Source: an uncultured Gemmatimonadales bacterium (GTDB taxonomy: Bacteria > Gemmatimonadota > Gemmatimonadetes > Longimicrobiales > Longimicrobiaceae). From it: a stretch of DNA of 64,000 nt. The notes under the pieces were generated by a model. That model did no database searches and was not told the origin of the DNA. It saw only the letters and a list, made by a program, of their open reading frames with translations. Shown here piece by piece: positions 1 through 54,200 of the stretch (its first letter is position 1; each line of letters opens with the position of its first letter). The stretch is taken from assembly GCA_963716255.1 (NCBI GenBank), contig OY970303.1, positions 1,120,001 through 1,184,000 on the forward strand, in the 5' to 3' direction. The position numbers and the translations under genes are program-made.

Positions 1-2
1 GC

Positions 3-18689
<18,687 letters not shown>

Positions 18690-18744
18690 AAAGGGTAAAC
18701 GCAGGATTGCATAGCGACGGCGACACTCACGAAAACGACCATCC

Positions 18745-28512
<9,768 letters not shown>

Positions 28513-28548
28513 CGGTCCGGACCGCGGCCGCGCGGCCCACGAAAGAGC

Positions 28549-28579
28549 ACGGGGCCGGAGATCTCCTCTCCGGCCCCGT
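28549..28579. terminator. Hairpin between convergent NRPS-B and NRPS-C; likely intrinsic terminator (better U-tract on the minus strand)
   Basis: ACGGGGCCGGAGA-tctcc-TCTCCGGCCCCGT is a perfect 13-bp stem with a 5-nt loop. On the minus strand it is followed by GCTCTTTCG. Confidence 0.75.
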
Positions 28580-28605
28580 CCATTATCCGCGGCGGCTGTG
28601 CGGGC

Positions 28606-42270
<13,665 letters not shown>

Positions 42271-42298
42271 GTGCGGCTTCGTTGAAGGTTGTATCGTT

Positions 42299-45200
42299 CT
42301 ACTCTGCTGCCGGAGCGGAACCCGGATCCGCGTCCGGAGGAGACAGCCGACCCAGGTGATCGGCCAGCTCCCCGGCGTCGAGGCCCTGGATCAGCTGCTC
42401 CTCCACCGTCCTGGCCAGGACCTCCACCGTGGGCGTTTCGAACAGGGCCCTCAGCGGCACCTCCACCCCGAGCGTCCGCCGCACCCGCGCGATCACCTGC
42501 GTGGCCAGGATCGAGTGACCCCCCAGCTCGAAGAAGCTTTCCGTCGCCCCCACTCGCTCCAGCCCCAGCACCTCCGCCCAGATCCCCGCCAGCAGCTCCT
42601 CCATCGCCGTCCGCGGCGCCACGTATGCGTCCGTGTCGCGCTCCGGCTCGGGGAGCGCGCGCCGGTCGATCTTGCCGTTGGCGGTCACCGGCAGCCGCTC
42701 CAGCACCACGAACGCGCCCGGCACCATGTACTCCGGCACCTGCTTCGCCACGTGGGTCCGCAGCTCCGCCGCGGTGAGCTCCGCCCCCGCTTCCGCCGTC
42801 ACGTACGCCACCAGCCGCTGCTGCCCCGGCACGTCCTCCCGCAGCAGCACGATGGCCTCCTTCACCTGCCTATGGCCGCGCAGGGTCGCCTCGATCTCCC
42901 CCAGCTCCACCCGGTAGCCCCGCACCTTGACCTGGTGGTCCGTACGGCCCAGGAAATCGATCTCCCCGTCCGTCCGCCTGCGCCCCACGTCGCCGGTGCG
43001 GTACAGGCGCGCTCCCGCGATCCCGCGGTGCGGGTCCGGGAGGAAGCGCTCCGCCGTCAGGTCGGGCCGGCCCAGGTAGCCCCGCATGACCCCCACGCCG
43101 CCGATGTACAGCTCCCCCGGCACGCCCACCGGCACCGGCTCCAGCTGCGCGTCCAGCACGTACAGCTGCGTGTTCGCCACCGCCCGCCCGATCGGCGGGT
43201 CTCCGCCCTCCCACGAGTACGGGCTGGAGGTCATGCGGATCCCCGCCTCCGTCGCTCCGTAGCCGTTGAAGAAGCGCCGCCCCTCGGCGGTCCAGCGGCG
43301 CACCAGCTCCGCCGCCAGCACCTCGCCCCCGGTGACGATGACCTTCAGCTCCGGCAGCGCCTCCACCGGCGTCACCGTCAGCGCCGAGGGCATGATCTTC
43401 AGGTGCGTGATCCGCTCCTCGCGGAGCGTCCGCAGCAGGTCCTCGCCCGGCATCTTCGCTTCGCGGCGGGCCAGCACCAGCTCCGCCCCGTTGCACAGCG
43501 CCGTGAAGATGTCCGCCACCGAGGCGTCGAAGAACAGCGGCGCGTACGCCAGGTTGCGCTCGCCGGGCGCGGCGCCGTAGACCCTGCCCAGCTCCAGGAA
43601 GGTGTTGCCCACGCCGCGGTGCTCGCACAGCACGCCCTTGGGGCGGCCCGTGGAGCCGGAGGTGTAGATGATGTAGGCCAGGTTGTCGGGGTCGACGCCG
43701 GTAGCCGGCGCCTCGTCGCTCTCGCGGGCGATGCGCCCGGCCTCGGCGTCGACCCGCAGGAGCGGCACGCCCCAGTCCTCCAGGCGCTCCGCCAGCGCGG
43801 ACTGCGTGAGCAGCAGCGCGGGGGCGGCGTCGCGCAGCACGTAGGCGCGCCGCTCGGCCGGCAGCTCGGGGTCCAGCGGCAGGTAGGCGCCGCCGGCCAG
43901 GAGCACGCCGAGGACGGCAACGACCATCTCCAGCGCCGGGTCCATGCAGATGCCCACGCGCACCTCGGGGCCGACGCCCTCGCGGCGCAGCCGGTTGGCG
44001 AGCTGGCACGAGCGCCGGAAGAGCTCGGCGTAGGTGAGGGAGTGCCCCTGGAAGCGCAGGGCGGGGGCGTCGGGGGTGCGCAGCACCTGGGCGCGCACCA
44101 GCTCGTGGATGCACAGCTCGCCGGTGTAGCCGGCGTCGGCGCCGTTCCAGGCGTGCAGGAGGTGGGCGCGCTCGGGGCCGCGCAGGAGCGAGGTCTCGGA
44201 CAGGCGCCGCTGCGGGTGCGAGGCCATGGCCCCCAGCAGCGTCTCCAGGTGCCCCACCATGCGGGCGGCCGTGTCCGCCTCGAACAGGCCCGCCCGGTAG
44301 AGCAGCGTCCCGCCGATCTCCTCCTCCACGTCCACCATGTTCAGGCTCAGGTCGAACTTGGCGACGCGCTCGCCCTCGCCGAACGGCTCCAGCCGCACCG
44401 CGTCCAGCGACAGCTCCTCGCCCCGGCCGGGCCTCTGCAGCGCGAAGATCGCCTGGAAGACCGGGGTGTGCGTGAGGCTGCGCTCCACGCCCAGCTCGTC
44501 GATCAGGCGCTCGAAGGGGAGGTCCTGGTGGTCGAAGGCTCCCAGCGCGGTTTCCCGCACGCGCCCCAGCAGCTCCGTCCAGGTAGGGTCGCCGCCCAGG
44601 TCGGCGCGCAGGGCCAGCATGTTGACGAAGAAGCCGATCAGCCCCTCCGTCTCGCGCCGGTTCCGCCCCGCGATCGGGGTGCCCACGACCACGTCGTCCT
44701 GTCCCGAATACCTGGAGAGCAGCGACTGCCAGCCGGCGAGCAGCGTCATGAACAGCGTCGCGCCTTCGCGGCGCGACAGCTCGCGCAGCCCCCGCGCCAC
44801 CCCGGGCGCCAGGCGGAAGCCGTGACTCCCCGCGCGGGGAGCCTGGCCGCCGGAGCGCGGGCGGTCGGTGGGGACCTCCAGCAGCGGGGGCGCGCCCGCC
44901 ATCTGCGTCTTCCAGAAGCCGATCTGCGCTTCCAGCACCTCGCCGCTCAGCCACTCCCGCTGCCAGACCGCGTAGTCCGCGTACTGCACCGGCAGCTCCG
45001 GCAGGGCCGGCTCCTCGCCGCGGACGGAGGCGGCGTACAGCTCCGACACCTCGCGCACCAGCACCTGCATGCTCCACCCGTCGCTGACCACGTGGTGAAG
45101 CGTGAACAGCAGCACGTGGTCGTCCTCCGCCAGGCGAAGCAGCATGCTCCGCAGCAGCGGCCCGCGCGCCAGGTCGAAGGGCCGCAGCGCCTCCCCCACG

Positions 45201-48200
45201 GCCAGGCGCTCGGCCTCCGCCTCGCGCTCCGCTTCCGGCAGGTCCCGCAGGTCCTGCGCGGGCAGCGGAACCGGGGCGGGCGGGTGGATGACCTGCACGG
45301 GCCCGCCGCCCTGCTCCGCGAACGTGGTGCGCAGCGTCTCGTGCCGCGCGACCAGCGCGTCCAGGCTGGCCCGCAGCGCGTCCGTGTCCAGCCCGCCGCG
45401 CAGCCGCAGGGCGTAGGACAGGTTGTAGGCGAGGTTGCCCGGGTCCAGCCGGTCCACCAGCCAGAGCCGCTGCTGCGCGAAGGACAGCGGCAGCGCGCGC
45501 CCCGCCTCGCGGGGGATCCGCTCGATGGGCGGCGCCGGCGGGCCACCGGCGCTCCGCAGGCTCTCGATGCGCCCGGCCAGCGCGGCCACCGTGGGCGCCT
45601 CGAAGAGCGCCCGCAGCGGCACCTCCACCCCGAACGCCTGCCGCGCGCGAGAGATCACCTGCGTCGCCAGCAGCGAGTGCCCGCCCAGGTCGAAGAACCC
45701 GTCCTCCACCCCCACCCGGTCACGGTGGAGCACCTCGGCCCAGATGGCGGCCAGCACCTCCTCGGCCGGCGTGCGCGGCGCCGTGTAGCCCTCGCCCGCC
45801 GCACGCTCCGGCGCCGGCAGCGCCCGCCGGTCCACCTTGCCGTTGGCGTTCAGCGGGAGGTGGTCGAGCACCACGTACGCCGAGGGCAGCATGTACCCCG
45901 GCAGCCGCGCCGACAGGTGCTCCCGCAGCGCGCCGCCGGAAACCTCCATGCCCGCCTCGGCGACCACGTACGCCACCAGCCGCTTGTCGCCCGGCTCGTC
46001 CTCCCGCACGATGGCCCGGGCCTGCCGCACGCCCGGGCACGCCGCCAGCGCGCTCTCCACCTCGCCCATCTCGATGCGGAAGCCGCGCAGCTTCACCTGT
46101 TCGTCCAGGCGACCCAGGAACTCCAGCCTGCCGTCCGCCCCCCACCGCGCGCGGTCCCCCGTGCGGTACATCCGGGTGCCCGCGTGGGCGGCGAACGGGT
46201 CGGGGACGAACCGGTCTGCCGTCAGCTCCGGCCGGCCCAGGTAGCCGCGCACCACCCCCGCCCCGCCCACGCACAGCTCGCCCGCCACCCCCACCGGCAC
46301 CGGCTCCAGCTCCACGTCCAGCACGTACGCCCGCGCGTTGGGGATCGGCCGCCCGATGGAGACCGTGGCCGCGCCCTCGGCCACCTCCTCCACCACCTCC
46401 AGCGTGCACCACACCGTGGCTTCGGTGGGGCCGTACTCGTGAAGCACGCGCCCGGGCCTGCCCTCGCGCAGCATCCGCCGCACCCCCTCCGTGCCCACCG
46501 CCTCCGCCCCGAAGACCAGCTGGCGCAGGCTCGCGTACACGTCCACCTGCGCGCGCACGTGCTGGTGGAAGAGCGCCGCCGTCTGGTACAGGTGCGTGAC
46601 CCGCTGCTCGCGCAGCGCGCGGCCGAGCGACGGCGTGGACAGGAGCACGTCGCGGTCGATCCCCACCAGCGTGGCCCCGTTCAGCAGCGCGCCCCAGATC
46701 TCGAAGACCGCCGCGTCGAAGCTGGCGTTCGACGCCTGCCCCACCCGGTCGCCCGGGCCCAGCGGCATGGTCCCGGGGAGGCACACCGCGTACTGCACCA
46801 CCTCGCCGTGGGCCATCATCACGCCCTTGGGACGGCCGGTGCTCCCGCTGGTGTAGAACACGTACGCCAGGTTCCCGGCCGCCGCCCCGCTCCGCGGCGG
46901 GTCGGCGGGCCCGGCGGCGAGCACGTCCGCCACGCGGTCCAGGCCGACCACGTGGAGCCCCGCGTCCGCGAGCGGAGCCGACAGCACGCCCCGGCTCACC
47001 AGCACGCGCGCGGCGGAGTCGTCCAGCATCATGCGCACGCGCTCCGGCGGATAGGCGGGGTCCACGGGGACGCAGCAGCCGCCGGCCTTCATCACCGCCA
47101 GGGTGGCGACGACCATCTCCGGGCCGTGCTCCAGCAGCACGCCCACGCGCGCCTCCGGACCGACGCCGAGCCCCACCAGGTGGTGGGCGAGACGGTTGGC
47201 CCGCGCGTCCAGCTCGCGGTAGCTCAGCTCCTCGCCCCACGACAGCGCGGGGGAGTCGGGGGCGCGCTCGACCCGCGCCGCGAACAGGTCGTGGAGGGTG
47301 GCGTCGCGCGGGAAATCCCGCTCCGTCCGGTTCCACTCGCCCACCACCTGCGCGCGCTCCGCCCCGGAAAGCAGCGACAGCTGCGAGATGGGCGCGTCCG
47401 GGTGGGCCGCCATGGCCTCCAGCGTCGCCTCCAGGTGCCCAGTCATGCGCGCGATCGTTTCCGCGTCGAAGAGCACCGCGAGGTAGACGAGCGCGCCCGC
47501 CAGCGGCCCGCCGTCGTCCACGACGCTCAGCTCCAGCTCGAAGGTGGCGTCGTGCCCGCCCACACCGAACGGCTCCAGCCCCAGCCCGCCCAGGCGCAGC
47601 CGCTCGTCCGTCCCCCCGGCGCGCTCCAGCGCGAAGATCGCCTGGAAGAGCGGGCTGTGGGTGAGGCTGCGCTCCACGCCCAGCTCGTCGACCAGCCGCT
47701 CGAAGGGCAGCTCCTGGTGGTCGTACGCGCCCAGCGCCGTCGCCCGCACCCGGCGCAGCAGCGCGCTCCAGGTGGGATCGCCGCCCAGGTCGGCGCGCAG
47801 GGCCAGCATGTTGACGAAGAAGCCGATCAGCCCCTCCGTCTCCCGCCGGGTCCGCCCCGCGATGGGGGTGCCCACCACCACGTCCTCCTGGCCCGCGTAG
47901 CGGCCCAGCAGGGCCTGCCAGGCGGCGAGGACGGTCATGAACAGCGTGGCCCCCTCGCGCCGCGAGAGCGTCCGCAGCCCTTCCGTCGTACCGGCCGGGA
48001 GCATGAAGTGATGGCTCCCGCCGCGCGTGCCCGCCACCGCGGAGCGGGGGCGGTCGGTGTGGATCTCCAGCAGCGGGGGAGCGCCGCCCAGCTTGTCCTT
48101 CCAGTAAGCGATCTGCTCGTCCAGCACCGCCCCGCTGAACCAGCTCCGCTGCCAGACGGCGAAGTCGGCATACTGCACCGGGAGCTCGGGAAGCCGCGGC

Positions 48201-51200
48201 GACGCGCCCCGGCTTAGGGCGTCGTACAGCGCCGACACCTCGCGCACCAGCACCTGCATGCTCCACGCGTCGCTGACCACGTGGTGGAGCGTGAAGCACA
48301 GCACGTGGTCGTCCTCGCCGAGCCGGAGCAGGGTGCTCCGCAGAAGCGGCCCCTGCGCCAGGTCGAAGGGCAGCATCGCCTCCGCGGCGGCCAGCCGCCG
48401 CGCCCGGGGCTCACGCTCCGCTTCCGGCAGATCCCGCAGGTCCAGCTCCCTGAGCTCCACGGGAGCGGGCGGGTGGATGACCTGCACGGGCCCGCCGCCC
48501 TGCTCGGCGAAGACCGTGCGCAGCGTCTCGTGCCGCCGAACCAGCGCGTCCAGACTGGCCCGCAACGCCGCCACCTGCGGCACGCCGCGCAGGCGCAGCG
48601 CGAAGGGCATGTTGTAGGCGGTGCTCCCCGGCTCCAGCCGGTCCACCACCCACAGCCGCTGCTGTGCGAAGGAGAGCGGCAGCGGCGCCTCGCGGGAAAC
48701 GCGCTCCATCGGCGGAGCGGCCGGGGCGGACGAGCCCCGCAGGCCGTCCACGAGCCCGGCCAGCGCGGCCACGGTGGGCGCCTCGAAGAGCGCGAGCAGC
48801 GGGATCTCCACCCCGAGCGCCTGCCGCACCCGCGAGATCACCTGGGTCGCCAGCAGCGAGTGGCCTCCGCGCTCGAAGAAGTTGTCCAGGGTACCCACCC
48901 GCTCCGCCCTCAGCACCTCCGCCCAGATCCCCGCCAGGACCTCTTCCGCGGCGGTGCGCGGCGCCACGTACCCCGCCGCGGCGTCCTGCTCCGGCGCGGG
49001 CAGCGCGCGCCGGTCGACCTTGTCGTTGGCGTTGCGAGGCAGCTTCTCCAGCACCACGAAGGCGCCCGGCACCATGTGCTCGGGGAGACGGGCGGCCAGG
49101 TGCGCCCGCAGCAGCCCCGGCAGGTGCGGCTTCGCCGCTTCCCGCACCGGGATTCCCTCCCCCGCGAAGAGCCGCCGGTAGAACGGCGTCGCCCGGAACA
49201 CCTCCACGTGGTGCGCGGAGTCGAACTCGAACGGCACCTCCTCCCCCGAGCCGCGCGCCAGCACCCCGCGCACCGAGTAGTTCGGTGCCACCTTGGTGGG
49301 GTGCAGGTCCCCCCTGCACTCCACGACCAGCCGGTCGCCCGGCTCCACCTCCACCCCCGGGTCGAAGAGCGGGAAGTAGATCGGGAACCACGCCGTCTCC
49401 TCCTCCGCCATGTCCAGGATCTCGCCTTCGGACAGCTCCATCCGCAGCCACAGCACCAGCCCGTCCAGCCGCCCCGCCCGTTCCACCGCCAGCTCCTCCA
49501 CCCGCACGTACGCCTCCGGCACGGGGCTCCGGTTGAAGTCCACCTCCTCGAAGACGCCCACGTCCGTGAGCCGGTTCTGCCAGGGGAAGTCCTTGATGGA
49601 GAGCCGCACGTCGCAGGGGTGGCCCACCTCTTCCCAGATCCGCTCCATGTAGTGCGCCCCGCTGCGCGAAAACGCCGGTGCGCGCCGGATCGACTCCGGC
49701 AGGCTCGCCGCGGCCATGCACGTCTGGGTGAGCCCCGGGATCATCACGGCGCCGGGGGCCATCAGGCGCTGCACCCCGTTGAGGATGTGGGCCGCGCCCT
49801 CGCCCCCCGCGATCGCCTCCACGATCTCCGAGACGCACACGTCGGCCAGCTCCGGAAGCTCGACGGTGCGGGCGTCGGAGTGGATGACGGTGATGCGGTC
49901 CTCCAGCCCCAGCTCGCGGATGCGGGCGCGGGCGGCCAGGAAGGAGCGCTCCAGCAGCTCCACCGCGTACACGTGGCGCGCCCCCGCCTGCACGGCCAGG
50001 CGGGCGAGGATGGCGTCCATGCCGGTGCCCACGTCCAGGACCACCTTGCCGGGGGCGTGGCGCTGGAGCGCGCGCAGGTAGCGGGCGTTGCGCAGGGTGT
50101 CGTGCGTCAGCCCCTGGTAGATCATCTCGTCGAAGACGTGGTACTCGCCGATGGAGGGCCACAGCTCGGCGCTGCTCTCCGGCTCGGGCACCACGTAGGC
50201 GACCAGGCGCTTCTGGGCGGGCGCGCCGACGGCGGCATCCTCGCGCACGGCGACGACCGCCTCGCGCACGAAGTCGTTCTCCAGGAGCGCGGCCTCCACC
50301 TCGCCCAGCTCGATGCGGAAGCCGCGGATCTTGACCTGGCTGTCGATGCGGCCCAGGAACTCCAGCTCCCCGTCCGCGCGCCGCCGCACCCGGTCGCCCG
50401 TTCGGTACAGGCGCGCGCCGGCACGGTCCGAGAACGGGTCCGGCACGAACTTCTCGGCCGTCACGTCGGCACGGCCCAGGTAGCCGCGCGCCACCCCCGC
50501 CCCCGCCAGGCGCAGCTCGCCCGCGATCCCCATCGGCAGCAGGCTGCCCCCGGCGTCGCACACGTACATCCCCACCCCCGGCAGCGGACGCCCCACCATC
50601 TGCCAGTCGTAGCGGCTCCCCCGCCGCAGCGGCGTCCCCGAGCTGATCATGGTGTTCTCGGTGGGGCCGTACATCGCCCACACCTGCGCCGCCGGGAAGG
50701 CCACCTGCACCTGCTCCAGCAGGTCGGGCGCGATGGCGTCGCCGCCGATGAACACCCCGCGTATCCGCGGCAGCGTCCCCGGCCCGGCCTGCACGCGCGC
50801 GACCACCTCACGCATCAGCGCCGGCACCGCGTGCACGCCGTCGGTCCCGGCCAGCTCCTCCACCAGGCGCTCCACGTCGCGCACCGTCTCCTGCGGGAGC
50901 AGCCGCACCTTTCCCCCGGCCAGCAGCGGCGCGAAGACCTCGAAGGTCCAGATGTCGAACGCGTAGCTGGCCATCCCCGGGAACACGTCCCCGGCGGCAA
51001 AGCCGAAGGTGTCGCGCGTGGCGAGCAGCGTGCTCACCAGGCTGGCGTGCTCCACGACCACGCCCTTGGGCCGGCCCGTGGAGCCGGAGGTGTAGATGAC
51101 GTACGCCGCGTTGTGGACACTGGCGCCGCTCGCGGGCGCCTCGTCCGATCCGGCGGCGATCGCCTCACGGTCCGCGTCCAGGCGGACGACCGCCCCCGCG

Positions 51201-54200
51201 AAGGGGGGGAGCGCGTCCGCCAGCCCGCCCTGCGACAGCAGCAGCCTGGCGCCGGAGTCGGACAGCGTGTAGGCCAGGCGCTCGGCGGGGTAGTCCGGGT
51301 CCAGCGGCACGTAGGCGCCGCCGGCCTTGAGCACACCGAGGATGCCCACCACCATCTGCGGCCCGCGCTCCAGGCAGACCGCGACGCGGGCCTCCGGCCC
51401 CACACCGTGCGCGCGCAGCCGGTGCGCGAGCCGGTTGGAGCGCCGCTCCAGCTCGCCGTAGCTCAGCGTCTCGCCGCCGAAGGAGACCGCCGTCAGATCG
51501 GGCGTGCGCGCGGCCTGGGCCGAGAACAGCTCGTGCACGCACGCCGGCGCATGGCCCAGGGATGCCGCGCTGGATCCGGCCAGCAGCTGCGCCCGCTCGC
51601 TCTCGCGCAGCAGCGACAACTCCGAGAGGCGCCCCAGCGGGTCGGCCGCCATCGCCGCGAGCAGGGTCTCCAGGTGCCCCGCCATGCGCTCGATGGTGGC
51701 TGCCTCGAAGAGCGCCGGACGGTAGACGAGCCCCCCGTCCAGCACGTCCGTGAAGTCGGTGAAGACCAGGTCCAGGTCGAACCTGGCGATCCGCTCGCCT
51801 CCCCCGAACGGCTCCAGCACGACCTCGCCCAGCCGCAGCCGCTCGTCGCCTCCATCGGACCGGTTCAGCGCAAAGGCGGTCTGGAAGACCGGGGTGTGCG
51901 TGAGGCTGCGCTCCACGTTCAGCTCGCCCAGCAGGCGCTCGAAGGGCAGCTCCTGGTGGGCGTACGCCCCCAGCGCCGCTTCCCGCACCCGCCCCAGCAA
52001 TTCGCTCCACGTGGGGTCCCCGCCCAGGTCGGCGCGCAGGGCGAGCATGTTCACGAAGAAGCCGATGAGCCCCTCGGTCTCGCGCCGGGTCCGCCCCGCG
52101 ATGGGGCTGCCCACGACCACGTCGTCCTGGTCGGCGTACCTGGCAAGCAGCGCCTGCCAGCCGGCGAGCAGGGTCATGAACAGCGTCGTCCCCTCGCGCC
52201 GCGAGAGCGCCCGCAGCCCCTGCGAGATCTCGGGCGACAGGCGGAAGCCGTGGCCCGCCGCGCGCGGGCTCTGCCCCACGGCCCGCGGGCGGTCGACCGG
52301 GATCTCCAGCAGCGGGGGGGCGCCGGCCAGGCGCTCCCGCCAGAAGCCGATCTCCTCTTCGAGCACCTCGCCGCTCAGCCACTCGCGCTGCCAGACGGAG
52401 AAGTCCGCGTACTGCACCGGCAGCTCCGGGAGCCCTGGTGCATCCCCCCGGGTGAAGGCGCCGTAGAGCTCGGACACCTCGCGGACGAGAACGCCGCGGC
52501 TCCACCCGTCGCTGACGATGTGGTGCAGCGTGAAGCACAGCACGTGGTCGTCGTCTGCCAGGCGCAGCAGCGTGCAGCGCAGCAGCGGCCCGCGCGCCAG
52601 GTCGAAGGGCAGCATCGCCTCCGCCGCGGCGAGCCGTTCCGCCTCGGCCTCGCGCTGCGGCTCCGGCAGGCCGCGCAGGTCCAGGGCCGGCAGCGCCACC
52701 GGCACGGGCGGCTGGACGACCTGCGCCGGCTCGCCCTGCTCGGTGAAGACCGTGCGCAGCGTCTCGTGCCGCCGCACCAGCGCGTCCAGACTGGCCCGCA
52801 GCGCACCGGTGTCCAGCGCGCCGCGAAGCCGGAGCACGTACGGCAGATTGTAGGTGGGGTTTCCCGGCTCCATCCGGTCCACCAGCCAGAGCCGCTGCTG
52901 CGCGAACGACAGGGGCAGCGGCTCCGCCCGCGAGACCCGCTCGATGGGCGGCGCGACTCCGGCGCCGGCGCTCCGCAGCGTCTCGATGCGCCCGGCCAGC
53001 CCCTCCAGGGTGGGCGCCTCGAACAGGGCGCGCAGCGGCACCTCCACCCCGAACGCCTCCCGCACCCGCGCCATCACCCGCGTCGCCAGCAGCGAGTGCC
53101 CGCCCAGCGCGAAGAAGTCGTCCCGCGCGCCGACGGCGTCCGTCATCCCCAGCACCTCCGCCCAGATCCCCGCCAGCACCTCCTCCGTCGGGGTCGCCGG
53201 CGCCACGTCGGCGGCGCGCTCCGCCCGCTCGGGCGCGGGGAGGGCCAGACGGTCGACCTTGCCGCTGGGGGTCAGGGGAAGCGTCTCCAGCGCGGCGAAC
53301 GCCGCCGGGACCATATACCCGGGGAGCCGCTCCCGCGCCCAGCTCCGCAGCGCCTCGGCGGGCGGCGCCTCCGCGCCTTCGGCCGCGACCACGTACCCCG
53401 CCAGCCAACGCTCGCCCCGGCCGTCCAGCTGCGCGGTGACCACGGCCTCGCGCACCGCCGGGTGGGCCCGCAGCACGGCCTCCACCTCGCCCAGCTCCAC
53501 GCGGAAGCCGCGCACCTTGACCTGGAAGTCGGCGCGCCCCACGAACTCCAGGGCGCCGTCCGGGAGCCGCCGCCCCAGGTCGCCGGTCCGGTAGCTGCGC
53601 AGGCCGCTCGCCGCGTCCTCCGCGAAGGCCGCCGCGGTCTGCTCGGGCTTGCGCCAGTAGCCGGGCGCCACGTGCGCGCTGCGGATCACCATCTCGCCCA
53701 CGCCGTACACCGCCACCTGCTCGCCCAGCGGGGTCTGCAGGACCACCTCGGTGTCCTCCACCGGGTGCCCCACGGGCACCGTGCCGCGCGGAAGGGGGGT
53801 GTCGTGGCGGATGTAGCTCTGGAGCGTGACCGTGGACTCGGTGGGCCCCAGGCCGTTGACCAGCACCGCCCCCGGCGCGAAGTGCGCGTGGAACGCCTCC
53901 ACGTCGCGCCGCTGGGTCTCCTCGCCGCCCAGCACCACCACGCGCACGTGCGGGAAGCGCTCCCCCTCCGGCAGCTCGGCCACCAGGTGGCGGAAGACGG
54001 TGGGGGTGGAGTGGTACAGGGTGATCCCCTCGCGCCGCATCCACTCGGCCACGCCGGCCGGGGCCTCTTCCCGCCAGTCGAAGGGCAGGAGCGCGGCGCC
54101 GTTGAGGAGCGCGCCGTACGTGGCCATGACCGCCGCGTCGAAGGTGTACGACGAGAACAGCGTCAGGCGGTCGTCGTGCCCGATGCGCAGGTTGTTGGTG

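Noticed and set aside
28513..28524. Palindrome CGGTCCGGACCG just after the NRPS-B stop
   Set aside because: Single short GC-rich palindrome with no loop and no other copy noticed.
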